A DNA stretch of 64,000 nucleotides from the human T2T-CHM13v2.0 reference genome, Homo sapiens. The notes under the pieces were generated by a model. It was not told where the DNA came from. It saw nothing but the letters and a program-made list of their open reading frames with translations, and did not search any database. The position numbers and the translations under genes were made by a program. The DNA is taken from NCBI RefSeq assembly GCF_009914755.1, contig NC_060930.1; one strand, 5' to 3'. Shown here in pieces: positions 25,706 to 39,459 of the stretch (its first letter is position 1; each line of letters opens with the position of its first letter).

Positions 25706-27339
25706 AGTTTTGTCAAATGAATCATCAGTTTAGAGGAGTAGTGATCGAGGTAAAAAGTTATTTTATTTGAATATATATTTGAGATTAGGTCCAAAAGCAT
25801 TTTCTAATGGACTGAAAGTGAGGTATACAAGAAGTAGAGAAGACAAGAATGACTCTGACATCTTGGCTGTCACAACTGAAAGAATAGTGTTGTCATTGCT
25901 AAGACAGAAAAAACTGGGGAAGTAGCTATTTGTGTAGAGAAAAATCAAGTGTTCACTTTTTTTACATGTTAATTTAAAGACTTTTTTTAGGCATCCAAAT
26001 TGAGATGTCAAATAGACAATTGGAGAAGGAGTTCAGGAATAAAATCTGGGCAGGATTCTTAAATGTAAAAATAAGTAACATCATAAATGGCATCGAAAGC
26101 CATGGGAGTGGATGATATTGCTTAGGAAGTGATGGGGAAAGGGCCAAAGATTGAGCCTGAGTGTTCAATGTTTGAAAGTTGGGAGGGTGAGGAACATCTT
26201 GTACAGCAAGCTGAGAATGAGGGATCAGTTAGTGATGCAGATAACCTGGAGAGAAGCAAAGTGAAAGTAGAGAGTTTCAAGCCAGACTAATCAGCAACAT
26301 CAGTAGCTTCCTGTAAGTTAAGTAAGCTGAGAAATGAAAAGTGATCAATGAATCTGGCAATACAGAAATTTTTGTTGTGTTTTCTAGGAGCAGCTTTTGT
26401 GGTAAGTTGACGAAAGCGGAAGTGGTGTTAAGAGAAAAAAAAGAGTAAGACAGAAATTGTAAAATATCTTGAAAATTTGCTGTTAATTGAAAACAGGACT
26501 GGGACTCAAATTGGAGGGAAAGTAGGGTTAAGAGAGTTTTTGTTTTTTAAAAAAAGATATGAATTATGATTGTTCATTAGAATGCAGATAAAGATAATAC
26601 TATCTTGATGTAAAAATTGATGACAAACGGAAGATAGGGACAATATAGGAAACAACATTCTTGACTAGTAAGATTGGATGAAGCCCAGGGCACTGAAGGT
26701 TCTCAGGAATGGCAGGAGGGAAGGCAGAGAGGGCACACATAAAAGAAGGCAAGAAGATTCATTCACTCCTGAAGGCATGTGGAATTTTCTCTTCCAACGG
26801 ATTCTGTTGTCTTAGGGAAACCAGAAGCAAATCAATCTGGCAAGTGTGAGGATGGGGGTGCAGGATTGGATGTTGGAATAAAAGAAGATAAATAACAGTC
26901 TAGAAAAATAAGAGTGGATAGATTTAATTTGCTAGAGCTACCAGATAACCTGAGAGTCTTTTCTGAGATTCATGAGCAATCATTTATGCTGATTTATTGA
27001 TCCAATGTGTGCTGTTTGGACGGAAGATGCAGAGTAGGTGGGGAGCTGGCTTTAACCAGGTTGTGGCTTAACCAAGGAGTGTCACAACAGAACTGATGGA
27101 CTTTGGTGGGTCTTAGAACGTTAATTAACTGGACAAAGAAGGGGAACCATACTGTATAATGGATAATGGAAAGAAGTAAAGACAATTGGATCAGGACATT
27201 TGAGATCTTAATTTTCTTTCAAATGTAGAATACCAGAGAAGTAACCTGGACATACAGGAGGTAGTATTTAGAAAGTGGTGTGCCTGAAAACAAGATGCCT
27301 ATAGACAGTGTCATCTTTGGTAAATGAGGTCTAGGGAAT

Positions 27340-30235
27340 TAATTTTCAAGAGAAATAATACCACACCCTAAGGGTTTGTTTTTGTTTTGAAATTTGTGGG
27401 CAGTTTTTATTGTTACAGTGACTGGGAGTGATGCAAGATTTAGTGGTAGGGCCAAGGAGCTAGATGCTCTTTGATGTTCAGAACAATACGTTACACCTAA
27501 ATCTATTAGCTTGTAACTGCTGTATTCACAGTGATTCTACATATAAATATATTTATTTAGCTCATTTAAAAATCTTGAATATCAGGTTATTGTTTGAAAT
27601 TGGGTTTTGTAGATAGGACTACAAATAAACACTTGCTAATATGAATATTCCTCCCACGTTATTTTCTAATAAAGAAATCAACTTGTTAAAACTAAGCAAA
27701 GATTTACAAAGAAGGATGCTGACAAGGTTAGAAGGCATATGTCGTATTTCCAAGCTTTAAAGAAAACATTTGAAAAATCTAATATTGTGTCTGGAATGCA
27801 TACAAATATCCAAATAAAAACAAATATCTGCTTGCTTTTTATGTGTGCACACATCATCACAAAATAGTAACCTTCATATTATTAGGCAAAATTAATTTTA
27901 CCAACTATATAAGATGTTTTCGGTATGCTGACCAAAGACATCCAAGTGAAATAATTTCTGTCTTTCATTGAGCAAAGATACTGTGTAAGGAATAATCGAT
28001 GAGATCGCAAAACATGTCAAAAATTAGCCATGAAATGAACTATAGTCAAAATGAATTTTCATTGCAAGTGGATAAAACTTCCTTTGGATAACGAGGCTTT
28101 ACTGTCTGCATTTGAAAGGATCGTATGGAATGAAAGCTCATAGAGAAAAATGTTATTTTAAAAATTACTGACAATAAATTTTAAGCAGTTGTCTATACTT
28201 TAAACACCTAAAAAATATTTTATAAAAAATTATTTCTTTCTTTTGTTCAAGTCATTGCTTCTGTTACAGCTGGGAATGCTAGCTATGGGTTGTTGGCGTA
28301 CCAGTTTGTAGCTAATTTTTAAAATTATACCAGGTATTTTAGCAATTAATTGCACTATTTATGAATCTCACTTAGTCCTCGATAATTTTTGTCGAAGTCT
28401 CCACAAATTGATGAAGAGTGTTAATAATAAAATTAAGAATAACTCTGTGAGTGATTTATTATTTCATATAGAATATTTAATAGGAGTTTGAACATCTTAT
28501 CCTAGACACATAAGTAGGATGATTCTCAAAGAATATGGTTCAAAACAAATTCTGTTCATTACTTATCATTTACAAATTATATTAGTGGGAAAATAATATT
28601 AAGAGTGAAATATTATGAATGGATGTGACATATAATTCAGAGATACTTGAAAAGTTAACTGAAGTCACCTTTAGCTGCAATGAAACCAGATCTAATTTAT
28701 TAAAATGAAGTAAATAATTATGAGATTTATTAAACTTACACTATTTAAAATGACCTTGGTACTTAGAATTTTCAATGTTTCTGTCTTTGCAACACTTTGG
28801 ATTTTAAAGATACTTATTTAGAAATAGATAACTCTTACTTTTATTGAATAAAGATATAATGGTTGGATGTAAAGTTCTGAATGAACAGCAATTTCAGACT
28901 GGTTGATTAATCTATTTGAAATTACTGTGGAATATGTTAGGCAAGACATGCAAAAGAGTTAATTGAGCTAAAACAAAACTTTCAGACCAAACTACAAATT
29001 AATTAGTCTAATTATGAAAATATTTGAACAAATTAAAGGCTTTTATATTAATGTCTGAAAATAAATTAAATTACCTGTAACTTTTCTTCTTTTTAACAAC
29101 ATGTGAATTTGAAGAGATTCTAAATTATTAGTGTAGTTTCAGAAAAACATAATATCTGTTTGCTAAAATATAACAGATTGAAAATAAGAGACTTTTTTTT
29201 TTTTTTTTTTTTGAGGGACTAGGTCTTGCTTTGTTGCCCAGGTTGGAACACAGGCTAGATCACGGTGCGGTGCAGCCTGGGCTCAAGCAATCCTCTTGCC
29301 TCAGCCTTCCGAGGAGCTAGGACTACAGACATGAGGCACTGTGCCCACAAGACTTTTTAAATACTTAGAACCAAATATTATGAAATTAATGGAACTATAA
29401 TACTGAAAGTTAAAACTATTTAGTATTGTGATCATCCTTGTATTTAATTTTTTTTTGGTACACAGGTTAAGAAATCTGTCATAGAAAGTGTGAATTGAAT
29501 TTATTTAGATTATTCGTAAGAGTGTTTTCTATCTTACTATGAAATTGTCCTCAGGGATTTACCTCATGATTTATTTACAGCCTCTTTTATTACTGTTTAT
29601 TTTTCCAGTCTATCTTCTATTATCCTTTGCCTAAAGAAAGATACTATCTCCAAGGATTTTTAAGTAGCAGAGACTGAATTCATCCTTGGACATTTTGACT
29701 GACTCCACGATAGAAAGTGTTTCCACTGGCACTTCACTGGTACTCTATCCCATGCCATAACAAACTGAATTGCTTGGAAAGTACACTTCTAAATAAGGAC
29801 CAGCTCATTTATAAGAATATCATATATACTCATTTTTCTCACCATTGATAAACTGTAATTTACTTTGCCTTGTTACCTATAATGCAATTATTTTTTTATT
29901 TTTCTATCCGTTTATACAGATAAGACTGAGCTGTTATTAGTGTAGAGTCCATGGCTGCCTTTGCTCTTTACTTTTCCTGGCCTTCTTGTATGGAATGAGT
30001 TTTCATCTTACTCTCCTGTGATCCCTACCAGCTCATAATTAGAGTATATAAGTAGGAAGATGCTATAATTATGAATGTACATTAACATATCTATTCTGTC
30101 ATTATATATTTATTTTATTGCATATTTAAAAATTTTAGTTGAAGATAGATTGTGTTACTTGGAAGGTAAGGGGATCTACAGAATATTTGTTTTTAAAAAG
30201 GGGGTGCTGGATCTGAAACAGTGGGTATGGCCATA
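27340..30235 (+). mobile_element. Near full-length hAT-Charlie/Buster DNA transposon relic with MER20B-like ends
   Basis: Degenerate transposase motifs at about 27680-29150: LSKDTV..IDEIA, FSLQVD..DNEALL, EFEHLIL..(TEVRWLS-like); left end MER20-like; right end aaaggggggtgctggatctga. Confidence 0.8.
29193..29348 (-). mobile_element. Alu monomer (FLAM-like) inserted in the Charlie element
   Basis: poly(T), tcttgctttgttgcccagg..ctcaagcaatcctc; agactttt repeated on both sides. Confidence 0.85.
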
Positions 30236-30283
30236 ACTTAGCAATCAGTTGCTAGAAATTGGATTAATATGAACTTTGTTCTA

Positions 30284-30330
30284 TTAGGTTGATGCAAAAG
30301 TAATTGCAATTTTTGCCATTATTTTTAATG
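30284..30330. mobile_element. Half MADE1 (Hsmar1 MITE)
   Basis: ttaggttgatgcaaaagtaattgcaatttttgccattatttttaatg is one MADE1 TIR plus spacer. Confidence 0.85.
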
Positions 30331-31294
30331 TACTTTTAGGCTTTGTGTGTAAGGTGCAGTATTGACTACATTTCATGTACCATATTTTATATATGAAATT
30401 CAACAGCCTATCTTCTAAGTGAAAGGACAAAAAAACTTCTAGATGAAATAACTCCTAGTAGGTTGCTACCTACCCTCTCCCACTTTCAATAATTTGGATA
30501 GAGATAACCTATTCGATACATTCCTTAAACATGTGTTTGAGGATTGAAACTCAATTCTTAATGATTAAACATTTTCAGGGCTCAGTTTAAATTAAATTTT
30601 AGGCTGTCATTAGCAAAGTATAGTTATTCTCAGATTTCTTTTAGTCTCTTGTTTTGATGGCCTTTTTGTACTCTAGTCCTTTGCCTAATTTTGTTGAGTT
30701 AGAAAATATGGTAATTTAAACAAGTTCTTGGTAATTCTGCAAATGGAAAAGAAGTTTAAAAAAGGCAGATTTAAATAAATGAGTCAATTTGATTCCAAAG
30801 CTGGTATTAACATATTTTAATGCAGTGGAAAAAGCAAGATGCATCTTAAGGTTATATGAGGTCTATCAAATTGACCTACATGAGCCCACAGAAGTTACAT
30901 GTTTCCTAAGGCCAAAGAACTGTTTCATGACCTTGAAGGGTATATTAGTATTTCTATTTAAGTCATTACATTTTCAAACATTGGAACTGCTCAGATTTGG
31001 TTCACTGCACAAACCAATCACTTAGAATGTTAAAGAGCATGACTCTAGTCTCCTGGAGACAGCTCTTCTGTAATTGAGCTCTCGTTTGCATGGCCTGTCT
31101 ACCTTCTCTGTTAATTTTTTTTTCTTGGTGTTTCTTTTTTTTTTCCTTGTCAGCCTACATTATGAATGCAACTGATAGAACAAATACCAACACCTTACGT
31201 TGAAAATTCTCTTCCTAGAACTTATTTAAAACACATGCTGAAATTCTCAAATAGCAAGTTGTTTTAAAAAAAGTCAGAGCATTTTAGAGTTGGA

Positions 31295-31430
31295 AGTGAT
31301 TGTTGGATGCATATTACAATCTCATGAGGAGCTTAAGAAAATACCAATGCCTCCGTCCCACCTTTGGAAATTCTAATTTAACTTGTCTGGGGAAAGACAG
31401 GGAACACCTATATATTTTTAAACTTTCTAC
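31295..31430. mobile_element. MER5-like hAT MITE
   Basis: catattacaatctcatgaggagctt..aaataccaatgcct..ttctaatttaacttgtctgggg. Confidence 0.65.
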
Positions 31431-33155
31431 TGGGCTAGTCCCATTCAGTCAAATGTAAAAAGAAATTCAGAAGGGATTTGGCATATCAAAAGTCCCACAG
31501 CTAGATAGTAGTAAGGCTGAAAGTAAAAGTAAAATTTCCTGTCACTTAGTACAGATCCTTTAAGCTATTTGGAAATGACTCTTTAAGAGACATTGTCCCA
31601 CAAAAACTTCAGATATAAATCTGATGTGTACTTCAGTTGGGGAGCTAAATATAGCTAGATGCCCCTTATATTTATCTGATATGATGCATTGAACGGCAGT
31701 CTCATTTAGAAAATGCTAATGCTATGTTTCCCATAAAAAGAGAGGGGTCGTGTTTTGCACTGATTTATAATGCATAAGTGTGATGATGCTTAAATAGTCT
31801 CTTCCCCTGAAGAGAGTTTGCAAAAAAGCAGTATAATCTCTGCATTACAGTTCTGTCCCTTTGCAGCATGGGACATGGCAAAAATATCTTGCCAAGAATT
31901 TACACCAAATCAATTTTCCACTGTATTATCTACAATACATCATTACTGTTGATTGTTTAGATGAAAATGGCCTCACAATTGCAATGAATCATCTACTTTT
32001 ATAGTAACAGAATTTACAACTGCAGAAGAAAGGCATAAAAAAAGAAATGGCATAATGGTTGACACTTTGCCTTTGTTTACAGTATTCTTTTAATATTGAT
32101 GTTGATCTTTCGGCATTCAGAGCTCAGATGGACAATCTCAACAATGGCAGTTGAAAATTATGCTTGTCTTTAAATTTTGTTTTCTTGTTTTGTGTTCATA
32201 TTATTGCAAGTACTAGGGTTGATCAGTACTTTGTATGTTTATTACTTGCTTTAATGATGTTTTAGCAAAAGAAAGGGCACATTTACACTGTGAATGCATG
32301 TGTCTAATGTAGAATTATACACGGAATTATTGTACCTCTATGGGTCCTTCCATTTTATTTCAAATAAAATATTTTACTTGAGCCTGCTCTTCCCTGATAT
32401 ACGGAAAACAATGGGTCAGTTCAATTATCTTGAAATTGGCAAACGTTTAGTTTTGCTCATCCACAAAAGTTAAGTTCAGCATGAATGCTGGGTGTATTAT
32501 AGGGATTTCTAGAATCTGGCAAATTTATGAATATAGAAAAGAGCAAATCAGAAAAAAAATGCCTTAAATTACTTTATCTCCAGGTGATAAAATTTCATGA
32601 ATAGTTGAAAAGAGAAGGACATACAGATGAAAAGGGTGGAAAATCCCAGAAAATTGAAAACAACGATTAAATGATATGTAAATTACTATGCAGACATTTC
32701 TAAAGCCTGTGATTATTTTTTTAAGTATGACTAGTAAAAAGGATTTATTAAAAGTTCAGTTGAATACTGTGAGTTTGAATATCATACACATAACAAACTC
32801 ATAGTGAGGAATTGAAAATTAATGAGAAATTAAATATCATGAGACTTTAAACTGACTTCTTTTTAAGAGATGCTAGAGGACAGAAAGGAAAGGGATGCTT
32901 TCATTTAAAGGTAGAGTTTGAAACCACTAATCTAGGATGCTAGAAGAAGTATTCATGAATAAAATAATTAAAGCTTGAAATTAAAAATATATATAAATAG
33001 GCAATGGTAATTTGTTATGAATTACTTGAATCAAAATTATGGCCCAAGAAAAAATATGCAATTTCCATTTAAAGTGTAGAAAATATTTCAATTTTTGGAA
33101 ATGGGCTGAATGTCCTTGTCATAGGGGACTTGACTAAGAGTTTATTTAATTGAAA

Positions 33156-33261
33156 CAGAAGTTTGAAGATTACCTCATCCAGTTGACCAACCAATGGTAC
33201 ATATTGCTCAGAAGTTTGAAGGTCACCTCATCCAGTCGAGCAATCAATGGTACACATTGCT
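33156..33261. repeat. 53-bp tandem duplication, 2 copies
   Basis: 33156-33208 versus 33209-33261, 6 mismatches. Confidence 0.95.
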
Positions 33262-33679
33262 GCTAAACAGCAAATTCTTTAAATTTCATGATTAAAATAA
33301 ATATAGGCAGAATTATTTTAAAGCAGAATTTCCTTTTCTGTTTTGTTGTTGTTACCAAAGTCCGCAGATTCTCTATCATTCAAATTGAAATATTAGAAGA
33401 GCAATCTGATATGAATGCCTCTCTTCAAGACTGGAAATTTCTCAAGGATCACGATAAGATCCTACTTCTTTCTGTGCTGAGATTTAGCACAACATAGTTT
33501 CTCAATGCATATTTGTTTAGTGAATGTGAGGATGAATGAATAAACGAATGATTCATTAGTATTGCTTTTTCCCAAGATTGTGTGCAGACATCATATTTGT
33601 CTTTTCATTTGTGTTTTTCTCCTGTGTTTCTCTACTGCCAAAATAGACTCTAAGGCTGCTTAACACAAAATAATTTGTG

Positions 33680-34303
33680 TGTGGGGGCACTCAAAACACA
33701 GTATCCTGAAGTGTGGTATCTGGGCGTGCTGAATACTTTGCACAGAAGGAACTCGGGAGGGCCTCAGATCCAAGGTCTTTCTGACCTTCTGCCATTCTCC
33801 TGTCTTCAACTCCTTATTCTCCCCAAAAGTGAGTCACAGAAACCAGAATTCTTCTTCCACAAGGCTGGTCATAGAAACTAGAACTCCTCTTCCCCAAAGC
33901 AAGGCATAAAACCTAGAAAGATAACTCCTTTTCTTTCCCTTGAAGACCCTCATTTCAGAGAGGTTTTGCCCTATCCTCAGGAGGAAGGTATGTTACACAA
34001 CAAGGCCAAGAAGAATCTGAACTGACAGGCCTTGCTGGCTTCCCCCGTCAGCCTCTAACCATTAGATTATACCCTTTCTCTCAATCACATTTTTATATGA
34101 CCTATGTGATTGTCCATTCTTCATTCAAGCAAACAGACAATTTTCCCTATGTCTTTGGGTCTTGTTTCTGAAGGTTCCCATGTCATGTTTGATTAAATAC
34201 ATTTGTTACGCTTTTTTGTTTTTGACCTGTCTTTTGTAACAGGAGTGTTGGCTATGACCCTTATGATGGGTGAGAAAAAGTGTCATGCCTTTCTACCCCT
34301 TCA
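33680..34303 (+). mobile_element. ERV1 solo LTR (MER39/MER34-like)
   Basis: TG..CA ends; gtgctgaatactttg..aaggtctttctgaccttct..gtcatagaaactagaactcc; attaaa poly(A) signal. Confidence 0.8.
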
Positions 34304-34719
34304 CATGCATGATTTCAGGTCTGTTTTCTGCAACTTCAGACTGGGGACGAAGGAAAGTAAGCGGGAAGAGGGAAAGGAATGATCACATACACAGTCCAGA
34401 AGGGAGTCCAACCTCTCCTCGCTATCGCCCTCATTATCCCTATTTTAGATCTCATAAACCCCCTCTCTTCTCCAAAGCAGAGAGAATTGCACAGAGTGGG
34501 GAGGAAGGTGACAGTTTAAAAGGGAAGCTTAGCCTCCTGAGAAAGGAGAGACTAAACTAAACTAATACATGATAGTTCAAATCACACCTGTCACACATTT
34601 CATCTTTGAAAATTCTGCTAAAGTCTCCATGCTAACACCAGACAATCCTCACTCACTCATGAGGTTTCAGTTAGTATCTTATTGCTGGTAGCACCCACTT
34701 CTCTATCTTCATTTCTAAT

Positions 34720-36055
34720 TTCTCTGCTGAGTCTTGGTCTCAGATATTCAGTTATCTGTTGTGTATTTCTTCTCAGGTGTTAGTCTTCTCAGTCTCATAC
34801 TTTTCCAAACTAAATTCAATAAATTCATAATGAAAAATTTAGTCTGCTCATAATTTTGGGACGTTGAGAGTGCTTCACTTTAACTATCCAAACAAACCAG
34901 AAATTTGATTCTAAACTTAGAATCCTCCCATATCCTCCCCAATCATGTCACCAAACCCTAATTATTTTACTTTCTAAACACATTTCTAAACTTCACCCTT
35001 CTCTATACACTCAATTCCACAGTTCAGATTTTCTGTGCTTTACCCTTCTATCCCAATGACCTCTAAGCTGTGTTCTCTAATTCTTGTTTCATCTGCCTCA
35101 ATATTATCTTCTTTCCTACCACTGTGATTTGCCTGAAATGTAAAAATAAACCGTGTCACTCTTCTGTTAAAATTTCTCAGTGGCTTCACTTCAAGTACTT
35201 CATGAAGCTCATTCTCCTTTATAACAGTGCATGCCCAGGCTTTCTTACAAAGGTCCTGATTTCTTCTTCAAATTACTTTCTCACTATCTCAGATTCCTTG
35301 CATTTTATGCCCCAGAGAACAAGAAAACTATTGGTTGTTCTCAGAAAACCCGGTAATGTCACAAGGTCTGTCCTTGGCTCATTCTGTGCTTAAATGCCTT
35401 CTTTTCCTTCCTTACCTCCACTCTTGTAACAGAAATCTCCTACTTATCATTCAGAGGTGGCTTTGTATCTAATACTTAGTGATATTAGCAATAATATAAT
35501 TACCATAATCATAAAAATAACATCCATATGGCGCTTAGTAGTTTACAAAGTATTTTCACACAAACTATCATATCTACATTATCATGACACTTAGAGGTGA
35601 ACAAGAAAGGTATTATTTCCAATGTATGCTTGAATATAAGACAGATACTTTTTTTTCTTCTTTTTTTAAAATAGAGACAGGGTCTTACTTTGTCAGGCTG
35701 GAGTGCAGTGGTGATCTCATGGCTCACTGTCACCTCAAACTCTTGAACTCAAGAGATTCTCTCACCTCAGCCTCCTTAGTATCTGGGACTACAGGTGTGC
35801 ACCACGACTTCTGGCTAATTTTTAAAGAAAATTTTTGTAGAAACAAGGTCTCACTGTGTTTCCTAGGCTGGGCTCGAACTCCTGGGCTCAAGCCATCCTC
35901 CTGCCTCAGCTTCCCGTTGTTGGGATTACGGATGTGAGCCATCGCACCTGGCAAGGACAGAGACTTTTATCCCTCTTGTTTACTCAATCTCCAGTGCCTA
36001 GAAATGCCTAGCAAGAAGCAGGTCTCAGTGAATCTTTTTGAATGAATGAATGAAA
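34720..36055 (+). mobile_element. L2 fragment with MIR and AluJ insertions
   Basis: CT-rich L2 body; 3' end cagtgcctagaa..gaatgaatgaatgaa. Confidence 0.65.
35650..35953 (-). mobile_element. AluJ
   Basis: tagagacagggtcttact..ctcctgggctcaagccatcctcc; TSD-like gacagatacttt / gacagagacttt. Confidence 0.93.
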
Positions 36056-36304
36056 AAACTGGTAGAGTAAGAAAATTAGTGATTGTCCAGAGATATACAA
36101 ATAATAAATTTTAAAAATGTAGTGTTGTCCTTTGTGTCTTAATCTAGTCATGGGCTAGGAGGAATAGTTGTGATAAAAACACTCTACATTACTTAATACA
36201 TACTACTTACTACTTAATACATACTAAAATTTCTTAATATGCTAGCTGAATTAACGTTTTTTTTTCTCCTGATTCAGGACTTGGCATTGTTTTCTTAAGG
36301 TGGC

Positions 36305-36402
36305 ACATATATATATAATGTATACATATATACACACACATATATATACATATATGTGTATACATACGCACACACACATATATACATATACACACACACA
36401 CA
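36305..36402. repeat. (TA)n/(CA)n compound microsatellite
   Basis: Direct inspection. Confidence 0.9.
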
Positions 36403-36410
36403 GATTTTAA

Positions 36411-36746
<336 letters not shown>

Positions 36747-39059
36747 TAGTAAATTAGCAAGTGACTCCAAGACCGAGACCAAAAAGCGGTTTTCCTGTGA
36801 AAGGTGACAAGATGAAACCTGTTCTCTAGCTTATTCCTCATCTGAGGAGCAGCAAAGAAGAACCAAAAGGATTGAGATATTTCTTAATGTAGCATGAGTT
36901 TTGTTAGGCAACATCTAGTTGTGATTAAATCTTTAAGTAAGATGATAATTTGGGGGAAGTTTCCTTGAAATAATTAATGTTGGTCTTGAGCAAATGAAAT
37001 TAGAATTTCAAAGGGAAAATGATATGACGAACATACTCAAATAGGGGGAGTAAAAAGAATATGTTAAAAAATCTCTACTTTTGGTTGTTTACCATAAAAC
37101 AGTTCCATTAGCCAAAAACCACACATACACAAACTCATTTGAAGAGGAACACACCCATGGGACTGTGTAATGTTTTGCCTTCCAGCTTCTGACTTCAGCA
37201 TGCCTGATTAGACTGTCTTTTTAGAGTAGTATGTGATGACTGGATTACTCTATACATTTGATCACATAGTCTGTGCAGATATCTCCCCCTCAGTCCATAA
37301 AATCAATTTGAACAAATACACAAATAAACAAACACTTCATTATCACCAGGAGCTCTGCATCTTTTCCTGTTGGATCTTGCTTCTGCTAGTACTTTGTTTA
37401 GCAGAAAAACTAGTTTTATATTAAACGATGGAGCTCTGTAGCTGTTTTACTATCAAGCATTTATGTGGTATTTTATAGCCTGCAAGGTATTTTACAGCCC
37501 CTGTACCAGTTTTTTTTCTCCTTGATCTCTTTGAGCTGTAACCAGAGTGTTGTCATTCCCATTTTTACACACTTCAGAAAGAAGGCTATGTGAGGGTAAA
37601 TGACTAGCAGAAGGTCAGATGATAAGTTAATAGTCAAAAAGGTATGATAGGTCATGATCTTAGAATTGCCAGTTTACTTCTTAGCTCCTATTGTTATACT
37701 GATTCTTTTCTGGCCTTTGGCTGAATTGTCTGTGAAAGACTTCTGAAACTCAAAGAAGTATGGTTTTATTAATGATGGAGCATTACATATATAAGAATGC
37801 AGTGACAATAGTATAATTTGTTGTGAACAACTGTCATTGAACTTTCAAAATAAATACGTGGTTAGTGTAGAGAAAAAAATCATTATATACAGAAATATTA
37901 AAACTGCTATGGATTTGTTTTTAAATTGGGGTGACCAAGATAAGTTTGGAATGGTTTTAATTTGAAAAACCTAAGAGGCTTGTGTTGTCACAGCTGTTAA
38001 ATTGGCTGCCTGGTCAGATTTATAATATTCATTTTGGGAGAAAAAGATGAAAATTAGAGTAAAATTCCTGATCACAAATTACATATATAGGAAAAACCAA
38101 AAAAAATCTTGAAAATAAAGCCTATAAAAGAACTGGTGAACAGTTAAGAAATGTGAATTTAGTATTTGTCAACTAATGCTGTTAAGTTAGAGACCTGTAA
38201 AGTTTTCTGGGATTAAGATTATAGGAGGATACTTTAAATCTTACGTTTTACTTGATGTCTTAAAATATAGTCTGGTTAAAATCATAGTCTCTTAAATACT
38301 TTCATGGTTCAGATGCTTTTTCAAGGTGTTTGCTCACAAAAGAAGAGTGCTCAGCTTATGATCAGTTTGCTATTAAGTTGGAAGGCTTATATTTGCATAA
38401 AGTTCTTTCTCAGGAACATGTTAATAGGAACCTGAATGTAAATAAGAGGAGGAAGCCACTTTAGATATTTTTCTGTGGTTCTCCTTGATAGAAAAATCTT
38501 ATGTACATATTCAGTGGATGAGCCTCACTTGCTCCTGGGCTCAATATTAAACTAATTAATGTCATTCAAGCATTATATGCCTTTGCATTGGCATTTTATC
38601 GAATTTCAAATCCTCTATTTGAATGAATTGCACCTTGAGAAGAATTCATGTTTGTTTTTTATTTAGCTTGGGGTATGCCTATGTTTAAGCCACATCCACT
38701 TCAAATACGTTTTTCACTACTCTTGTGGAAAAAGGCCAAACCACTGAGGCTGTGGCAAATCTATTTCTTTTTTGCCTTTTACATACATATGTTTGTGTGT
38801 TTGTGTGTATGTTTGCATGTGGGGTTCATATAGAGGGTAGTTAATCAAATACGTATAAAAATTGATTGCAAAAAATTACTATATGAAGAAAACAACTCTA
38901 ACACCTGTAAATAAAATAAAATATATTAACTTTCTTCACATTTACATTATGCTAATATAGTAATTGTATCACAAGACATTTATCTGGATGGTACTCTTTC
39001 TGATTATTTTTATTTTCTTCATTTTTCCATATCTTAAGTTTCCAATAATAAGGGTGAAG

Positions 39060-39300
39060 GTAATAAGAGCTAAAATTATCGAACAATTTCTATATAATTA
39101 TATAACTTCACATGAATTGTCACATTTAATACTTTCAAAAACTCTGATTGTTACTATTATTATGACTGCCAATTACAGATAAGAAAACTGAGGTTTGGAG
39201 AAAAGAGAATAAATACCCTGTTCAAAGTCAAGTAGACAGAAAGTGGTCCAGGAATTATTTAAACCATTGATGGAATGGATAACCTGAGATCTTAATCTCT
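39060..39300 (-). mobile_element. MIR
   Basis: ttacagataagaaaactgaggtttggaga core. Confidence 0.7.
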
Positions 39301-39459
39301 ATGATGTATTGAATATAAATTATTTTCTAAAGGGAAAAAAGTGAATGTTATATTTTAAAAAATGCACATTCCTGGTATTTTTGGTAGAAGATAAATACCC
39401 ACCAAAAAAGCTTTTAATAGATTATTTTATTTCTTCTATGACTCTCCCTTATATAATCT

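Noticed and set aside
30284-30330. miR-548-type hairpin from MADE1
   Set aside because: Only one TIR is present, so the hairpin cannot form
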